Assembly (NCBI GenBank): GCA_020356005.1
Contig: CP070629.1
Location: forward strand, 1,981,490 to 2,030,188
Length of the DNA stretch: 48,699 nucleotides
Source of the DNA: Thermoplasmata archaeon
GTDB lineage: Archaea; Thermoplasmatota; Penumbrarchaeia; JAEHCK01; GCA-020356005
Direction: 5' to 3'
Both the position numbers and the translations under genes were made by a program. The notes under the pieces are model-generated. The model searched no databases. It saw only the letters and a list, made by a program, of their open reading frames with translations, and had not been told where the DNA came from. Below, piece after piece: positions 35,082-44,151 of the stretch (its first letter is position 1; every line of letters starts with the position of its first letter).

Positions 35082-36347
35082 ATGACTGGAAAGTTTATGA
35101 AACTTACAATGCAAAGGCTGTTACCAAAACGCCTTCGCAAGAAACGTTTCAGCTATGACCAGCGTGCACTTTCCAGTTTGATCACCGTGGCGGGTATTCT
35201 CGCTATAATCATTATGGTAATCAGTGCGGTCCTGAATACATTGGTACCGCAGTGGGCTAAAGAAGACGAATTGGAACATATGGATAACCAGCTCCGCAAT
35301 TTTTTAACCTTGAGGACCGAAATAAACAACCTGATCGAAAATGAAGATTTCGAAAGGTCGGTCTCACCGAGAGTTTCACTCGGCGCATCAGGTAACATTC
35401 CCGTGGGCGTAATACCCAGTTCGGGAAAATTAACCTTTAATCCGTTCGATAATAGTACTGACGCAACAGCCAACAGGGTGCACGATCCGCTCAGCATCTA
35501 CAGCAAGGGCGGGGGTAATATCCAGTATGAAGCCACGAATTACTATTACCAGGATCAAACCATCGTGTACGAGCACGGGGCAGTTCTTTTGTCACAGGCA
35601 GACGGCTCGGTCATGAAGGCGGGCCCGGAATTCTCGGCCTCGAAGGTCCCGCTGCTGAACGACACTAGATCCTTCGGGTACTTCGACCCCGGCACGAAGG
35701 AAGAACCTTCTGAAATGAATTTCAACTTCCCCGGCCGCTACGGCAACCTTACTCTCAGTTATGATATATTCGATGTGGATACCGACGGTGAAATTCTTAT
35801 TAAATTGAACCGGCGCATTGTTGCCGCCGCTCTCGTCACGGGGGACGAGAACTGGACAGGCCCGCATAAAATCGAACTCCGCGGGGACTGGATACACGAC
35901 CTGACAATCAATACGTTACAATTCAATCAAACCACCGGCATTCCCGGAGAGGAATGGGGTGTGCGGAACGTTTCGCTGAGCGGAAATATTACTGCTGTGG
36001 ATCTGACCATGGTGACGCTTATCGGCAACAAGGAAGACTCCAGCGGGCGCGACAGCCATACGGTTAACGCGAAGCTGATCGCTTCAGGTTTGAACAGCTT
36101 CAGCTGGCCGGACGAAAATATCACTATAAATTTCACCACCAAGTACCCCGAGGCCTGGGAAGCTCATTTGAACTCTGCAATGAACGAGTCCACCACAAAC
36201 CTACACTGGGATTCCGATAGTGCAAAATCAGAATTTATGGTCATGAGCACCCGGATCAGTGCCGATTATTATATTGTCTCTCTTACGATCAAACATGTTA
36301 CCAATTTTGACTGTACGGTAGCGATATTAAGAACCAATCTAGGATAA
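35082..36347 (+). CDS. pilin-like class III signal peptide protein SP1
   Basis: YDQRALSSLITVAGILAIIIMVISAVL, then conserved blocks shared with SP2 (VPQWAKE..EHM, SGKLTFNP, YEHGAVLLSQ). GGAGGTGA lies 5 nt before ATG 35082; the track starts at TTG 35055, which overlaps GP2. Confidence 0.75.
   Translation: MTGKFMKLTMQRLLPKRLRKKRFSYDQRALSSLITVAGILAIIIMVISAVLNTLVPQWAKEDELEHMDNQLRNFLTLRTEINNLIENEDFERSVSPRVSLGASGNIPVGVIPSSGKLTFNPFDNSTDATANRVHDPLSIYSKGGGNIQYEATNYYYQDQTIVYEHGAVLLSQADGSVMKAGPEFSASKVPLLNDTRSFGYFDPGTKEEPSEMNFNFPGRYGNLTLSYDIFDVDTDGEILIKLNRRIVAAALVTGDENWTGPHKIELRGDWIHDLTINTLQFNQTTGIPGEEWGVRNVSLSGNITAVDLTMVTLIGNKEDSSGRDSHTVNAKLIASGLNSFSWPDENITINFTTKYPEAWEAHLNSAMNESTTNLHWDSDSAKSEFMVMSTRISADYYIVSLTIKHVTNFDCTVAILRTNLG
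35157..35234 (+). other. class III signal peptide and pilin helix of SP1
   Basis: D-Q-R-A|L-S-S followed by a hydrophobic helix. The leader is long and basic (LLPKRLRKKRFSY). Confidence 0.65.
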
Positions 36348-36386
36348 GTCTGGTATATTATATGGAAGTAGAATGTATAAATAAAG

Positions 36387-37370
36387 GTGATGGCAATGTC
36401 AACCAATCATGTTATACCCCGAAACGGTAAACATAGACGGTTTCGCAGGCACATTCGATCTACATACAGGTCGAAAGTGAATGCCCGCAGAAGATTTTTT
36501 AAAATGGATTCCAGGGCAGTTTCCAATATAGTTACATCTATAATGATGCTGGGAATTATATTCACACTCCTGGGTATGGTTTTAACCGTTTATGTCCCGA
36601 TCTGGGCCAAATCTCTGGAAGCACAGCATATGGAGGAGGTTGCTAATGCCTTCACGGATCTTAAAAGTACAGTAGATTCACAGATCGCACAGGGTGATGA
36701 AGGAACGACCATGTCCACAAGGGTCCGGCTCGGCACAGAGGGCGGCCCCTTGCTCGGGCTGGGCCAGTCCACGGGCTCACTGCAGTTCCAACCCGAAAGT
36801 TCAATGATGAGTATTTATAATTCCAACGATACCTTCGAGAAATACGGTACAGGCCGGGGAAGATTGGCGTTCGAATCCCACAACATCTATTATGTTGACC
36901 AGAGGTATATTTACGAAAACGGCGCAATCATCCTGGATCAAGAGGGCCAGACGCTGATGAAAGTGAAGCCAAATTTTTTCATCAATAATGTCTCGGGCAC
37001 CAACGAGTTCTCAACGGTTATGATCGGTTTACAGGGCGACCTCGATAACGTGGGAGGAATCAAGAGCCAGACAGTACAAACCACACTCCTTTCCGGTAAC
37101 AAGAACACGCTCTATTGGGGCGAAAGCTCCAGACCGGGCACTGGCAAAAACCTGACAATATCAATTAATACAAGCTTCCCGCTCGTATGGAATCAATATT
37201 TTGATGATTTGTTAAAAAACCAGTCAGGGTTGAACCAATCTGAATATTATATAGCCGCCCCGTCGGTGATAGGAGATCCAATAGATAACTTCTGGAGGAT
37301 CGATGTTACTATACGCGATGTAAATAAATTTACCACAACGATTTCATATGTAGAATTGATAATAACATAA
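36387..37370 (+). CDS. pilin-like class III signal peptide protein SP2 (paralog of SP1)
   Basis: MDSRAVSNIVTSIMMLGIIFTLLGMVLTVYVPIWAK. Blocks TGSLQFQP and YENGAIILDQ match SP1. AGGTGA SD. The start could be GTG 36387, ATG 36390 or ATG 36396. Confidence 0.75.
   Translation: MMAMSTNHVIPRNGKHRRFRRHIRSTYRSKVNARRRFFKMDSRAVSNIVTSIMMLGIIFTLLGMVLTVYVPIWAKSLEAQHMEEVANAFTDLKSTVDSQIAQGDEGTTMSTRVRLGTEGGPLLGLGQSTGSLQFQPESSMMSIYNSNDTFEKYGTGRGRLAFESHNIYYVDQRYIYENGAIILDQEGQTLMKVKPNFFINNVSGTNEFSTVMIGLQGDLDNVGGIKSQTVQTTLLSGNKNTLYWGESSRPGTGKNLTISINTSFPLVWNQYFDDLLKNQSGLNQSEYYIAAPSVIGDPIDNFWRIDVTIRDVNKFTTTISYVELIIT
36507..36596 (+). other. class III signal peptide and pilin helix of SP2
   Basis: D-S-R-A|V-S-N followed by a hydrophobic helix. 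Confidence 0.65.
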
Positions 37371-37374
37371 GAGT

Positions 37375-37790
37375 ATCGGAGCGTTTTGATTTTATATTGA
37401 TTTTTATCACTCACAGAGCGTTAAGCTTAGTCATTGATTATAAGCACTCACGGAGCACTTCAATGGTATAACGATTGAAAGCGTTCTCGGTAAGGATGCA
37501 TATATACAAGAAGATGAGAAATGCAGCATGCGGCAGGCAGCAAGTTTAATTAAAAATAGGGATTAGGGATTTGGACGGTTGCTACGCAACCTTTGGGGAT
37601 TAGGGTGATTTTACAAGGACTCATGACCCAGGACCCAGGACCCAGGGTCTTGCTCTTACATTCTTCCACTTTTACACAATTCTACTCTTTAACTTGTCCT
37701 GAGAGCGCTTCAAATCGAAATCCAAGCAGAGCGCTCTGAATGGCTCTTATAATTAATATATAGAAAAACGCTCCAATAGTCCATCGATAG
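37375..37790. repeat. composite spacer joining family B, a family A half-copy and family D (AGGACCC heptamers)
   Basis: agcgttttgattttatattgat sits just after the stop codon. gggattagggatttggacggttgctacgcaacctttggggattagggtgatttta is a family A left arm only. It is followed by tgacccaggacccaggacccagggtc, then family B words again. Confidence 0.7.
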
Positions 37791-38084
37791 GTTTATATAA
37801 CCGTAGTCACTAATACAAGATAATACCACCGTAAAGTATATAATACGAAAAATATTACTCTTATATTCCTAGAATTAAATAGACATTATTATATATAATT
37901 CATAGTAAGGTGTGAATATATAGAACTGGATGAATTGACTGAATACAAGGAAATAATAAATAAGTAACAAGGGGGCAAGTAAGGAGAGCAGCTGATTTTT
38001 CCCTATAATGATTAATCCCTTGCATCTTAAATGAGGTTCGAGACCATAGAGCTGTTTTACAGAAGCGGAAAGGAGAACTTGAAA

Positions 38085-41000
38085 ATGGTGAAATTCCGAG
38101 GTCGCAAAATAGGAGAGATATCCCAGCGATTAATAACAGTTTTTGTTATCAGCTTGCTTTTTGTCAGCTTGACGGAATTTATCGGATTTGAGCCTGTGGA
38201 GGGCGAAGTCAAAGAGGATTCGTATGGTAACTTATTGATCGACGGCGGGTCCGTTCATGAGATAAACATGGGCGGGGGCACCTATCAGATGCAGGGCAAT
38301 ATTACAGTAACTGGGGCAGGAAGCACTTTATTGATCCGCAACACCACCATGAAGTTTTTAAAGGGCGCCGGATTTAAATATCACATCGATGTAAAAGATG
38401 GAGCTTTGCTGCAAATCAAGAACTCCGAAATAACCGTTGACCTAACAGCGGGGGGTTCCGAAGAGCGGGTTGATTTTTTTATTACAAATTCAGATTTTAT
38501 CATGGAAAATTCCTCTATTAAATTACCCGGGGAGTTCCATGCAAGTTCCAGCAATATCACATTCAATTACAGCTTGTTATCTAAAAACCCCTCTGGCGGG
38601 TCAGTAACCCACAGCCTGGTTTTGAATTTTACAGATTGTAATGTTCTTATGGTCGAACATATGATATACAATTTCAAAAGCGGTGAGGACATCTATCTCA
38701 GGGGAACGACAAATTTTTCAGCCATAAAATCCGAATTGAACCTGACATCTTCAAATACGCTTCAATTGCACGACAATGCTACCGCAAAACTTTACAGCAT
38801 TTCCGTTACTTCCAAAACAAGTAATAGTGTAATTTCAATCCAATCATCTTATGCCTACGCAGAAATATTCCGGTTATTAACTCTTGATGTCACTGATGTT
38901 ACGGAAGTACCTGTGGGAGGTGCACTTGTCACTCCCAGGAATTACAGTAATAAGAAAATGGCACCTCTACCCGCCGAAGAAATCCTGACTTATTTAGACA
39001 GGACGATCGGTAATTACAATATCACTGATTACCTTGGCCGGGTTATACTCCCGCTGCGGTCTGATAATATCACAGATATAGGGATCGAATATACAGGTAA
39101 TTATCTGCTGGATGTTGAATTATCATCATATTCCGTGGAGGGTGGGTACAGCCTGAAGCCCTTTCCAAACTTTTATAATATTTATAATAATCCGTACCAT
39201 GCCTTGAGCTTCGGTTCTCAAATACCTCCAGAGCTCAACGGGCATTATTCCAAGGCCCTACCGCCGCTCACGATAACAAAACCGGTCACATTCAATTCAC
39301 CACTGCAGCTTCAGCAGAACCTTATCATCGACGGCGGTACATTAACGGTTACCGGAACGGATCTTGAGATGAACCAGTCGGCTACCAACCGTTTCTATAT
39401 ACTTCTGAAAAACGGCGGTAAGCTGAACCTTATCAAATCCAAATTATCAGATCCCGGCAACTGGCCGCTGAATGTTTATACCATGGATTCAAGCGAGATA
39501 ATGGTTCGGACCAGCACGTTGAATCTTGGCAGTGGAATCCTCAGCCTCCGTAACGGCTCAAAATTGGAAATGAATGCATCCTCCATGGTTGGCAGTATAA
39601 ATTCCATCGGGCCCGGTAATACAATTTTAATCGAGGAGGACAGTTCGGTTGCTTCTAAAAACATGGTTCTTGTGAAATCCGATGTTACTCTGAAAGATGT
39701 TTCGATAACAACTGTCGGATCCATTCGCACTGAGCAGCTGCAGTTCACCGTAAAAAATACCACGTTCAACAAACCTTTGACTTTCAAGAGCGACTCGAAA
39801 GCTTACCTTACAAATGTAACATTTTCCGGTGTACCTTCACCCACTATAACAATCAAGGATACAAGCGAGGTCCATGTAAACTGGTGGCTGACTGTACGGG
39901 TAGTCGACGGCGGTAAAAATTTACTGGAGAAAGCCACGGTGCATCTCTACAACTACTCCCTATCGGGTGACAAACTTCATTACGGCGACAGCGAGACCGA
40001 TGCATCGGGCCTAGCACTTTTTGAAGTTTACAGCGAGATGCGCAATGCCAGCGGGTCGTACAAGGGAATCGAGCGCAATTACTACCTGAATGCAACTTAT
40101 CGCAGTGCAAAAAGCAACAGTCTGGGCACACCACCGTTAACCGCGAATAAACTGATGGAGCTGGAATTTGATCTCGCTGCAGATTTGAAACTGGCGGATA
40201 TCGATGTAGTGGGCAACCTGTTCGCAGGCAACAATCTTATGATCAATGCCACTGTTACCAATGTGGGTGATTTCGATCTGAACACAACCGAAATAGCCAT
40301 CCGCTTCGAAATCAACGGTATTGCACTCGGAACAGATGAAAAGCTGGACAGGCTGAGCGTGGACGAAAGCGCAGTTGTCAACAAGAATTGGGTTGCTTCG
40401 TTGGGGACGCATATTATCAATGTCACTGTGGATCCTTCCGATAAAATCGGCGAGAAAAACGAGAGTAATAACAAATTGACTACAATTGAAACCATATCGG
40501 TTTCGGGCCCGGACCTCGGGTTGAGTACAACAGATATCGAATTCGACCCGGGTGTACCCACTAAAGGAACAAATTTAACGGTAACGGCAAAGATAACCAA
40601 TTACGGCGGGTACGACCCTGCAGATAACGGCGATCCAATAACTGTAAAGTTTTACCTTAACGACCCCGCATTAATCGGTACACAGATAGGTGAAACGCAG
40701 ACGGTCGACTCCATACCGCCCACAACTTCTAGAACAGTCCAGATAAATTATACGATCCCCATGGAGGGTAATTATAATATATTTGTAGTGGTTGAAACGC
40801 CATTCGACAGCTCTCTGGCGAACAATAAGGTCAACCGTACCCTTATCATCTATACCCTCCCGGACCTTTACATTTCGAACACTGACATAACATTTACATC
40901 AACCTCCGATTTTATAGTGGAATCACCTGTGTTTATCAGAGCGGTGCTCCGCAATATCGGCGGGACCGCCGTGGATAATGTAGGTGTCGCATTCTACGAC

Positions 41001-44000
41001 GGCGACCCGAACTCGGGCGGTTTCCGAATCGGATTCAATACCACAATCGAGCCAGTAGAGGCCAACGGAGGCACGGTGAATGCCCAGATAGAATGGACGC
41101 CGCTGACCACCGGCACGCACCGCATATTTATTTTAATCGATCCTGACGGGCTTGTACAGGAGGCAAAGACCAGCAACAACATCGCGAATGTTTCCATTGA
41201 TGTCATTCCCAAGCCCAATTTGTATGTTGAAACCAGCGACATACAATTCTCGGCGAACCCCATCATGGAGGGCGAGCCGCTGAACATTCAGGTCCTCATA
41301 CATAATGACGGCGAGGTTAACGTTGGGTCTGTTACCATCAGGGTGACGCTGGACTCACTGGACAGCACCGCAATTGTTCCGGATATACAAATCGTAAGCG
41401 TCCCTGCAAACGGTTATTTCAATTTGCCGATAACATGGCCTTCGGCGGAACCCAACGGAACGCACAGCATTTATATCTGGATAGACCCGAACAACAAAAT
41501 CCCGGAGTCCAACAAGTTCGATAATTACGCATCCAAAACCCTTATAATAACGAAGACGATTGACCTCCGCATTACTGCTGATGATATTTATTTTAATGAT
41601 GCTTCGAACTCCACCGATATCGAATATGGCAAAGAGCTGAAAATAACCGCCAGGGTATGGAACGACGGCGGTTCACCTACAATCTCCGAGTTCATCGTGC
41701 AGTTTTATCTTATAACCAACGAAGGTGAGACGCAGCTGGGCTCAGACCAAACCGTGCCGACCATTCAGCCCGCCGGCTATGCCGACGTAAATTTAACATG
41801 GATCGCAAATCTCAGCGGCACGCACACGATCCAGGTGCTTGTGGACCCCTCGGGACTGGTTTTGGATTCCAACCGCGTCAATAACAAGGCGAGCAAGGAC
41901 TTCAAGGTAAACGATCCGCCCGACTTTGCGGTCACAGTGGAAGCTGCATTGTTTTCCACTGGTGCCACTGTGAAAGCCGGTGAGGCCATCACCATAACCG
42001 CAATGGTGCAGAACCGCGGTGATACCGGCTGGGGGCCGGTGGAGGTGATGTTCCACGACGGCGATCCCACAGATACGATAAACCCGTCCAAGCAAATAGG
42101 TACAACAAAACTCATAGAGTATCTTCAACCGCACGGTCAGCAGGAGATCAATACCAGCTGGACGGCCGAAGTCGAGGGTGAGCATCAAATATATGTCAGT
42201 GTAGATTTTAAAGAGAAGGTCCCTGATTCGGACAGGAGAAACAATCTGGATTTCGGTATAATAGAAGTGCTGACGCACGCACCGGATCTTAATCTAACGA
42301 AAATCGAGTACAGTCCCACATCAGTAACCGAAGGCGATCTGGTTTACATCAATATAACCATCCAGAACATCGGTAATATAGATGCCACCTCGGTGGTTAT
42401 CGGTTTATACAAGGACGATTATAAAAATGATAATTATATGATAGACCAGTTCGCCATGGGTAATATTTCGGTTGGTGAATCGGTAATATATAATTATGAA
42501 TGGACCGGAGCGGTTGCAGAGGGGCATTACGAGCTTTACATTGTCCTGGACCCGTTCAATACGATCAAGGAGTTCAATGAGCGTAATAATGTCAACGAGG
42601 ACAATCCCATAGAGATCGGAGTGGAAGGAGCGCAAAAGTGGCCGGATCTTAAGTTCGAAGATACCGAAAGCTGGATTATAATATCACCCTCAAAACCGCG
42701 GGTGGACGAATTAGTAGTTTTCTCAATTTACATAATCAATGTGGGCGATGTGCTCATACGAGATGTTATCGTGGTTTTGAAAAACGGCGACGAGGAGCTC
42801 GCCAGGTCGGAAATACTGGAGACTCTGGATAAACAGGAAACTGAAATCATGGAGATAACCTGGGTACCTGACAAAAAAGGAACCTTTACACTTACATTCG
42901 AGATAATCACATCGAACAATATCGAAGAAATCACAGATGAAAATAATATTAAGGATTACACGGTGAATGTGGCCGAATCAGAAGATGATAGTGATGACGT
43001 AAGCTCGCTGTTCGGCGCTGCAATCGCCACTGTTGTAATGATTGTGATTTTGGTTGTTATCGTTTTGCTGTTGATCGGCAGCAAGCGGAGAATAACGGAG
43101 TGGGCAGAATGCAGTGAATGCATGGAAAAAATGCCGCTTGAAGCATCCATATGCCCAAGCTGCGGTGCAGAATTTTCTGATGAGATGGAGTGCGGTGAAT
43201 GCCACAGCCTCATATCCGTTGAAGATACACGCTGTCCCAACTGCGGCGCTGCATTTATAGAGGATATGGAGGGGAGGAAGAAGTCGTTTCTGGGTATCGG
43301 TGAAGGACGCGTCGAGGAAGCCCCGGAGACCGCTGATCTGAGCGGCCCGGCGCCTATCGAAACCATAGATGAGGATACTATCCAGGACGCAGAAGAGATA
43401 GAGGAAGATATGCTTGATGTGGATTATGATGAGCCGGTAGTACCGCCGGCCCCGCCTGTACCGAAGGAGAAGCCCAAGAAAGTAAAGAAGGAGAAGGAAG
43501 AGGAAGAGCTGGAGAAAAAGGAGAAAGAGGAGGAAGAAGAGGAAGAGGAGAAAGAGAAGAAGGAGGAGAAGGAGGAGAAGGAGAAAGAGGAGGAAGAAGA
43601 AGAGGAGGGAGAAATCGAGCTTGACGACGAGGAATTCCAGGAATTCGAAAAGGCGCTTGACGAAGAGGAAATCGAAGAGCTCGAGGAGGCTCCCGGGGCA
43701 GGATTGGAAGCCGAGGCAGGAGATGAGGGCAGGAAGAAAGAGAAGAAAAAGAAGCTGAAGAAGCACAAGAAGGGCCGGCCGGCGGATAAGGGCGCAAAAA
43801 AGGAAGAGAAGAAGCCGTCAGAAGTAAAAGAGGCGGTGGAGAAGAAGGAACCGGAAAAGAAGGACGAAAAGGAAAAGGAGAAAGAGGAAGAGAAGAAGGA
43901 GGAAGAGGAAGAGAAGGATGATTTTGTCATTCCGGATGCGAAGTGGACCGCCGAATGCTATAAATGCAATGCAAGAATCCCCTTATCGGCTTCAAAATGT

Positions 44001-44027
44001 CCCGAGTGCGGCGCAGAGTTTGAGTGA
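38085..44027 (+). CDS. giant type-I membrane surface protein GA2 (paralog of GA1): beta-helix-like repeats, 8 CARDB-like domains, TM, cytoplasmic E/K-rich tail with three zinc ribbons
   Basis: Same architecture and order as GA1. AAGGAG lies 8 nt before ATG 38085; the longest ORF starts at 38031. Signal/anchor is LITVFVISLLFVSL. TM is AAIATVVMIVILVVIVLLLIG. Ribbons are CSECM..CPSCG, CGECH..CPNCG and terminal CYKCN..CPECG. Confidence 0.85.
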   Translation: MVKFRGRKIGEISQRLITVFVISLLFVSLTEFIGFEPVEGEVKEDSYGNLLIDGGSVHEINMGGGTYQMQGNITVTGAGSTLLIRNTTMKFLKGAGFKYHIDVKDGALLQIKNSEITVDLTAGGSEERVDFFITNSDFIMENSSIKLPGEFHASSSNITFNYSLLSKNPSGGSVTHSLVLNFTDCNVLMVEHMIYNFKSGEDIYLRGTTNFSAIKSELNLTSSNTLQLHDNATAKLYSISVTSKTSNSVISIQSSYAYAEIFRLLTLDVTDVTEVPVGGALVTPRNYSNKKMAPLPAEEILTYLDRTIGNYNITDYLGRVILPLRSDNITDIGIEYTGNYLLDVELSSYSVEGGYSLKPFPNFYNIYNNPYHALSFGSQIPPELNGHYSKALPPLTITKPVTFNSPLQLQQNLIIDGGTLTVTGTDLEMNQSATNRFYILLKNGGKLNLIKSKLSDPGNWPLNVYTMDSSEIMVRTSTLNLGSGILSLRNGSKLEMNASSMVGSINSIGPGNTILIEEDSSVASKNMVLVKSDVTLKDVSITTVGSIRTEQLQFTVKNTTFNKPLTFKSDSKAYLTNVTFSGVPSPTITIKDTSEVHVNWWLTVRVVDGGKNLLEKATVHLYNYSLSGDKLHYGDSETDASGLALFEVYSEMRNASGSYKGIERNYYLNATYRSAKSNSLGTPPLTANKLMELEFDLAADLKLADIDVVGNLFAGNNLMINATVTNVGDFDLNTTEIAIRFEINGIALGTDEKLDRLSVDESAVVNKNWVASLGTHIINVTVDPSDKIGEKNESNNKLTTIETISVSGPDLGLSTTDIEFDPGVPTKGTNLTVTAKITNYGGYDPADNGDPITVKFYLNDPALIGTQIGETQTVDSIPPTTSRTVQINYTIPMEGNYNIFVVVETPFDSSLANNKVNRTLIIYTLPDLYISNTDITFTSTSDFIVESPVFIRAVLRNIGGTAVDNVGVAFYDGDPNSGGFRIGFNTTIEPVEANGGTVNAQIEWTPLTTGTHRIFILIDPDGLVQEAKTSNNIANVSIDVIPKPNLYVETSDIQFSANPIMEGEPLNIQVLIHNDGEVNVGSVTIRVTLDSLDSTAIVPDIQIVSVPANGYFNLPITWPSAEPNGTHSIYIWIDPNNKIPESNKFDNYASKTLIITKTIDLRITADDIYFNDASNSTDIEYGKELKITARVWNDGGSPTISEFIVQFYLITNEGETQLGSDQTVPTIQPAGYADVNLTWIANLSGTHTIQVLVDPSGLVLDSNRVNNKASKDFKVNDPPDFAVTVEAALFSTGATVKAGEAITITAMVQNRGDTGWGPVEVMFHDGDPTDTINPSKQIGTTKLIEYLQPHGQQEINTSWTAEVEGEHQIYVSVDFKEKVPDSDRRNNLDFGIIEVLTHAPDLNLTKIEYSPTSVTEGDLVYINITIQNIGNIDATSVVIGLYKDDYKNDNYMIDQFAMGNISVGESVIYNYEWTGAVAEGHYELYIVLDPFNTIKEFNERNNVNEDNPIEIGVEGAQKWPDLKFEDTESWIIISPSKPRVDELVVFSIYIINVGDVLIRDVIVVLKNGDEELARSEILETLDKQETEIMEITWVPDKKGTFTLTFEIITSNNIEEITDENNIKDYTVNVAESEDDSDDVSSLFGAAIATVVMIVILVVIVLLLIGSKRRITEWAECSECMEKMPLEASICPSCGAEFSDEMECGECHSLISVEDTRCPNCGAAFIEDMEGRKKSFLGIGEGRVEEAPETADLSGPAPIETIDEDTIQDAEEIEEDMLDVDYDEPVVPPAPPVPKEKPKKVKKEKEEEELEKKEKEEEEEEEEKEKKEEKEEKEKEEEEEEEGEIELDDEEFQEFEKALDEEEIEELEEAPGAGLEAEAGDEGRKKEKKKKLKKHKKGRPADKGAKKEEKKPSEVKEAVEKKEPEKKDEKEKEKEEEKKEEEEEKDDFVIPDAKWTAECYKCNARIPLSASKCPECGAEFE
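40176..42969 (+). other. array of 8 CARDB-like domains within GA2
   Basis: Units start at AADLKLAD, GPDLGLST, LPDLYISN, KPNLYVET, TIDLRITA, PPDFAVTV, APDLNLTK and WPDLKFED. Confidence 0.75.
43008..44024 (+). other. GA2 TM helix plus cytoplasmic zinc-ribbon / E-K-rich tail
   Basis: TM at 43008-43079 followed by SKRR. Two ribbons follow immediately, then an E/K low-complexity tract, then the terminal ribbon. Confidence 0.75.
43461..43920 (+). repeat. near-homopurine GAA/GAG/AAG low-complexity tract encoding the E/K-rich tail
   Basis: About 460 nt dominated by A/G on the plus strand, e.g. gaggaagaagaggaagaggagaaagagaagaaggaggagaagg. Confidence 0.8.
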
Positions 44028-44110
44028 AGAGAAAGCGTTTTGATTTTATATCGATGTAATCAGGACCCAGGACCCGGGATCCAGGACTCAGGGTGATTTT
44101 AATCTGGTCA
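44028..44110. repeat. post-stop module plus family D heptamers plus shared core
   Basis: agcgttttgattttatatcgat matches 37389-37410, then taatcaggacccaggacccgggatccaggactcagggtgattttaatc. Confidence 0.75.
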
Positions 44111-44115
44111 ACCCG

Positions 44116-44129
44116 AAAGTTTATATATT
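44116..44129 (+). promoter_or_regulatory. TATA-box candidate for a leaderless DUF835 transcript
   Basis: aaagtttatatatt is centred about 29 nt upstream of ATG 44152. Confidence 0.4.
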
Positions 44130-44151
44130 GTAATTTAATCTTAATAGTGCC

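Noticed and set aside
42956-43930. Long minus-strand ORFs (136-262 aa) across the GA2 tail.
   Set aside because: They are mirror-image artefacts of the polypurine E/K-coding tract. Their products are L/F/S/P low complexity, and the plus-strand frame is continuous with conserved zinc ribbons.
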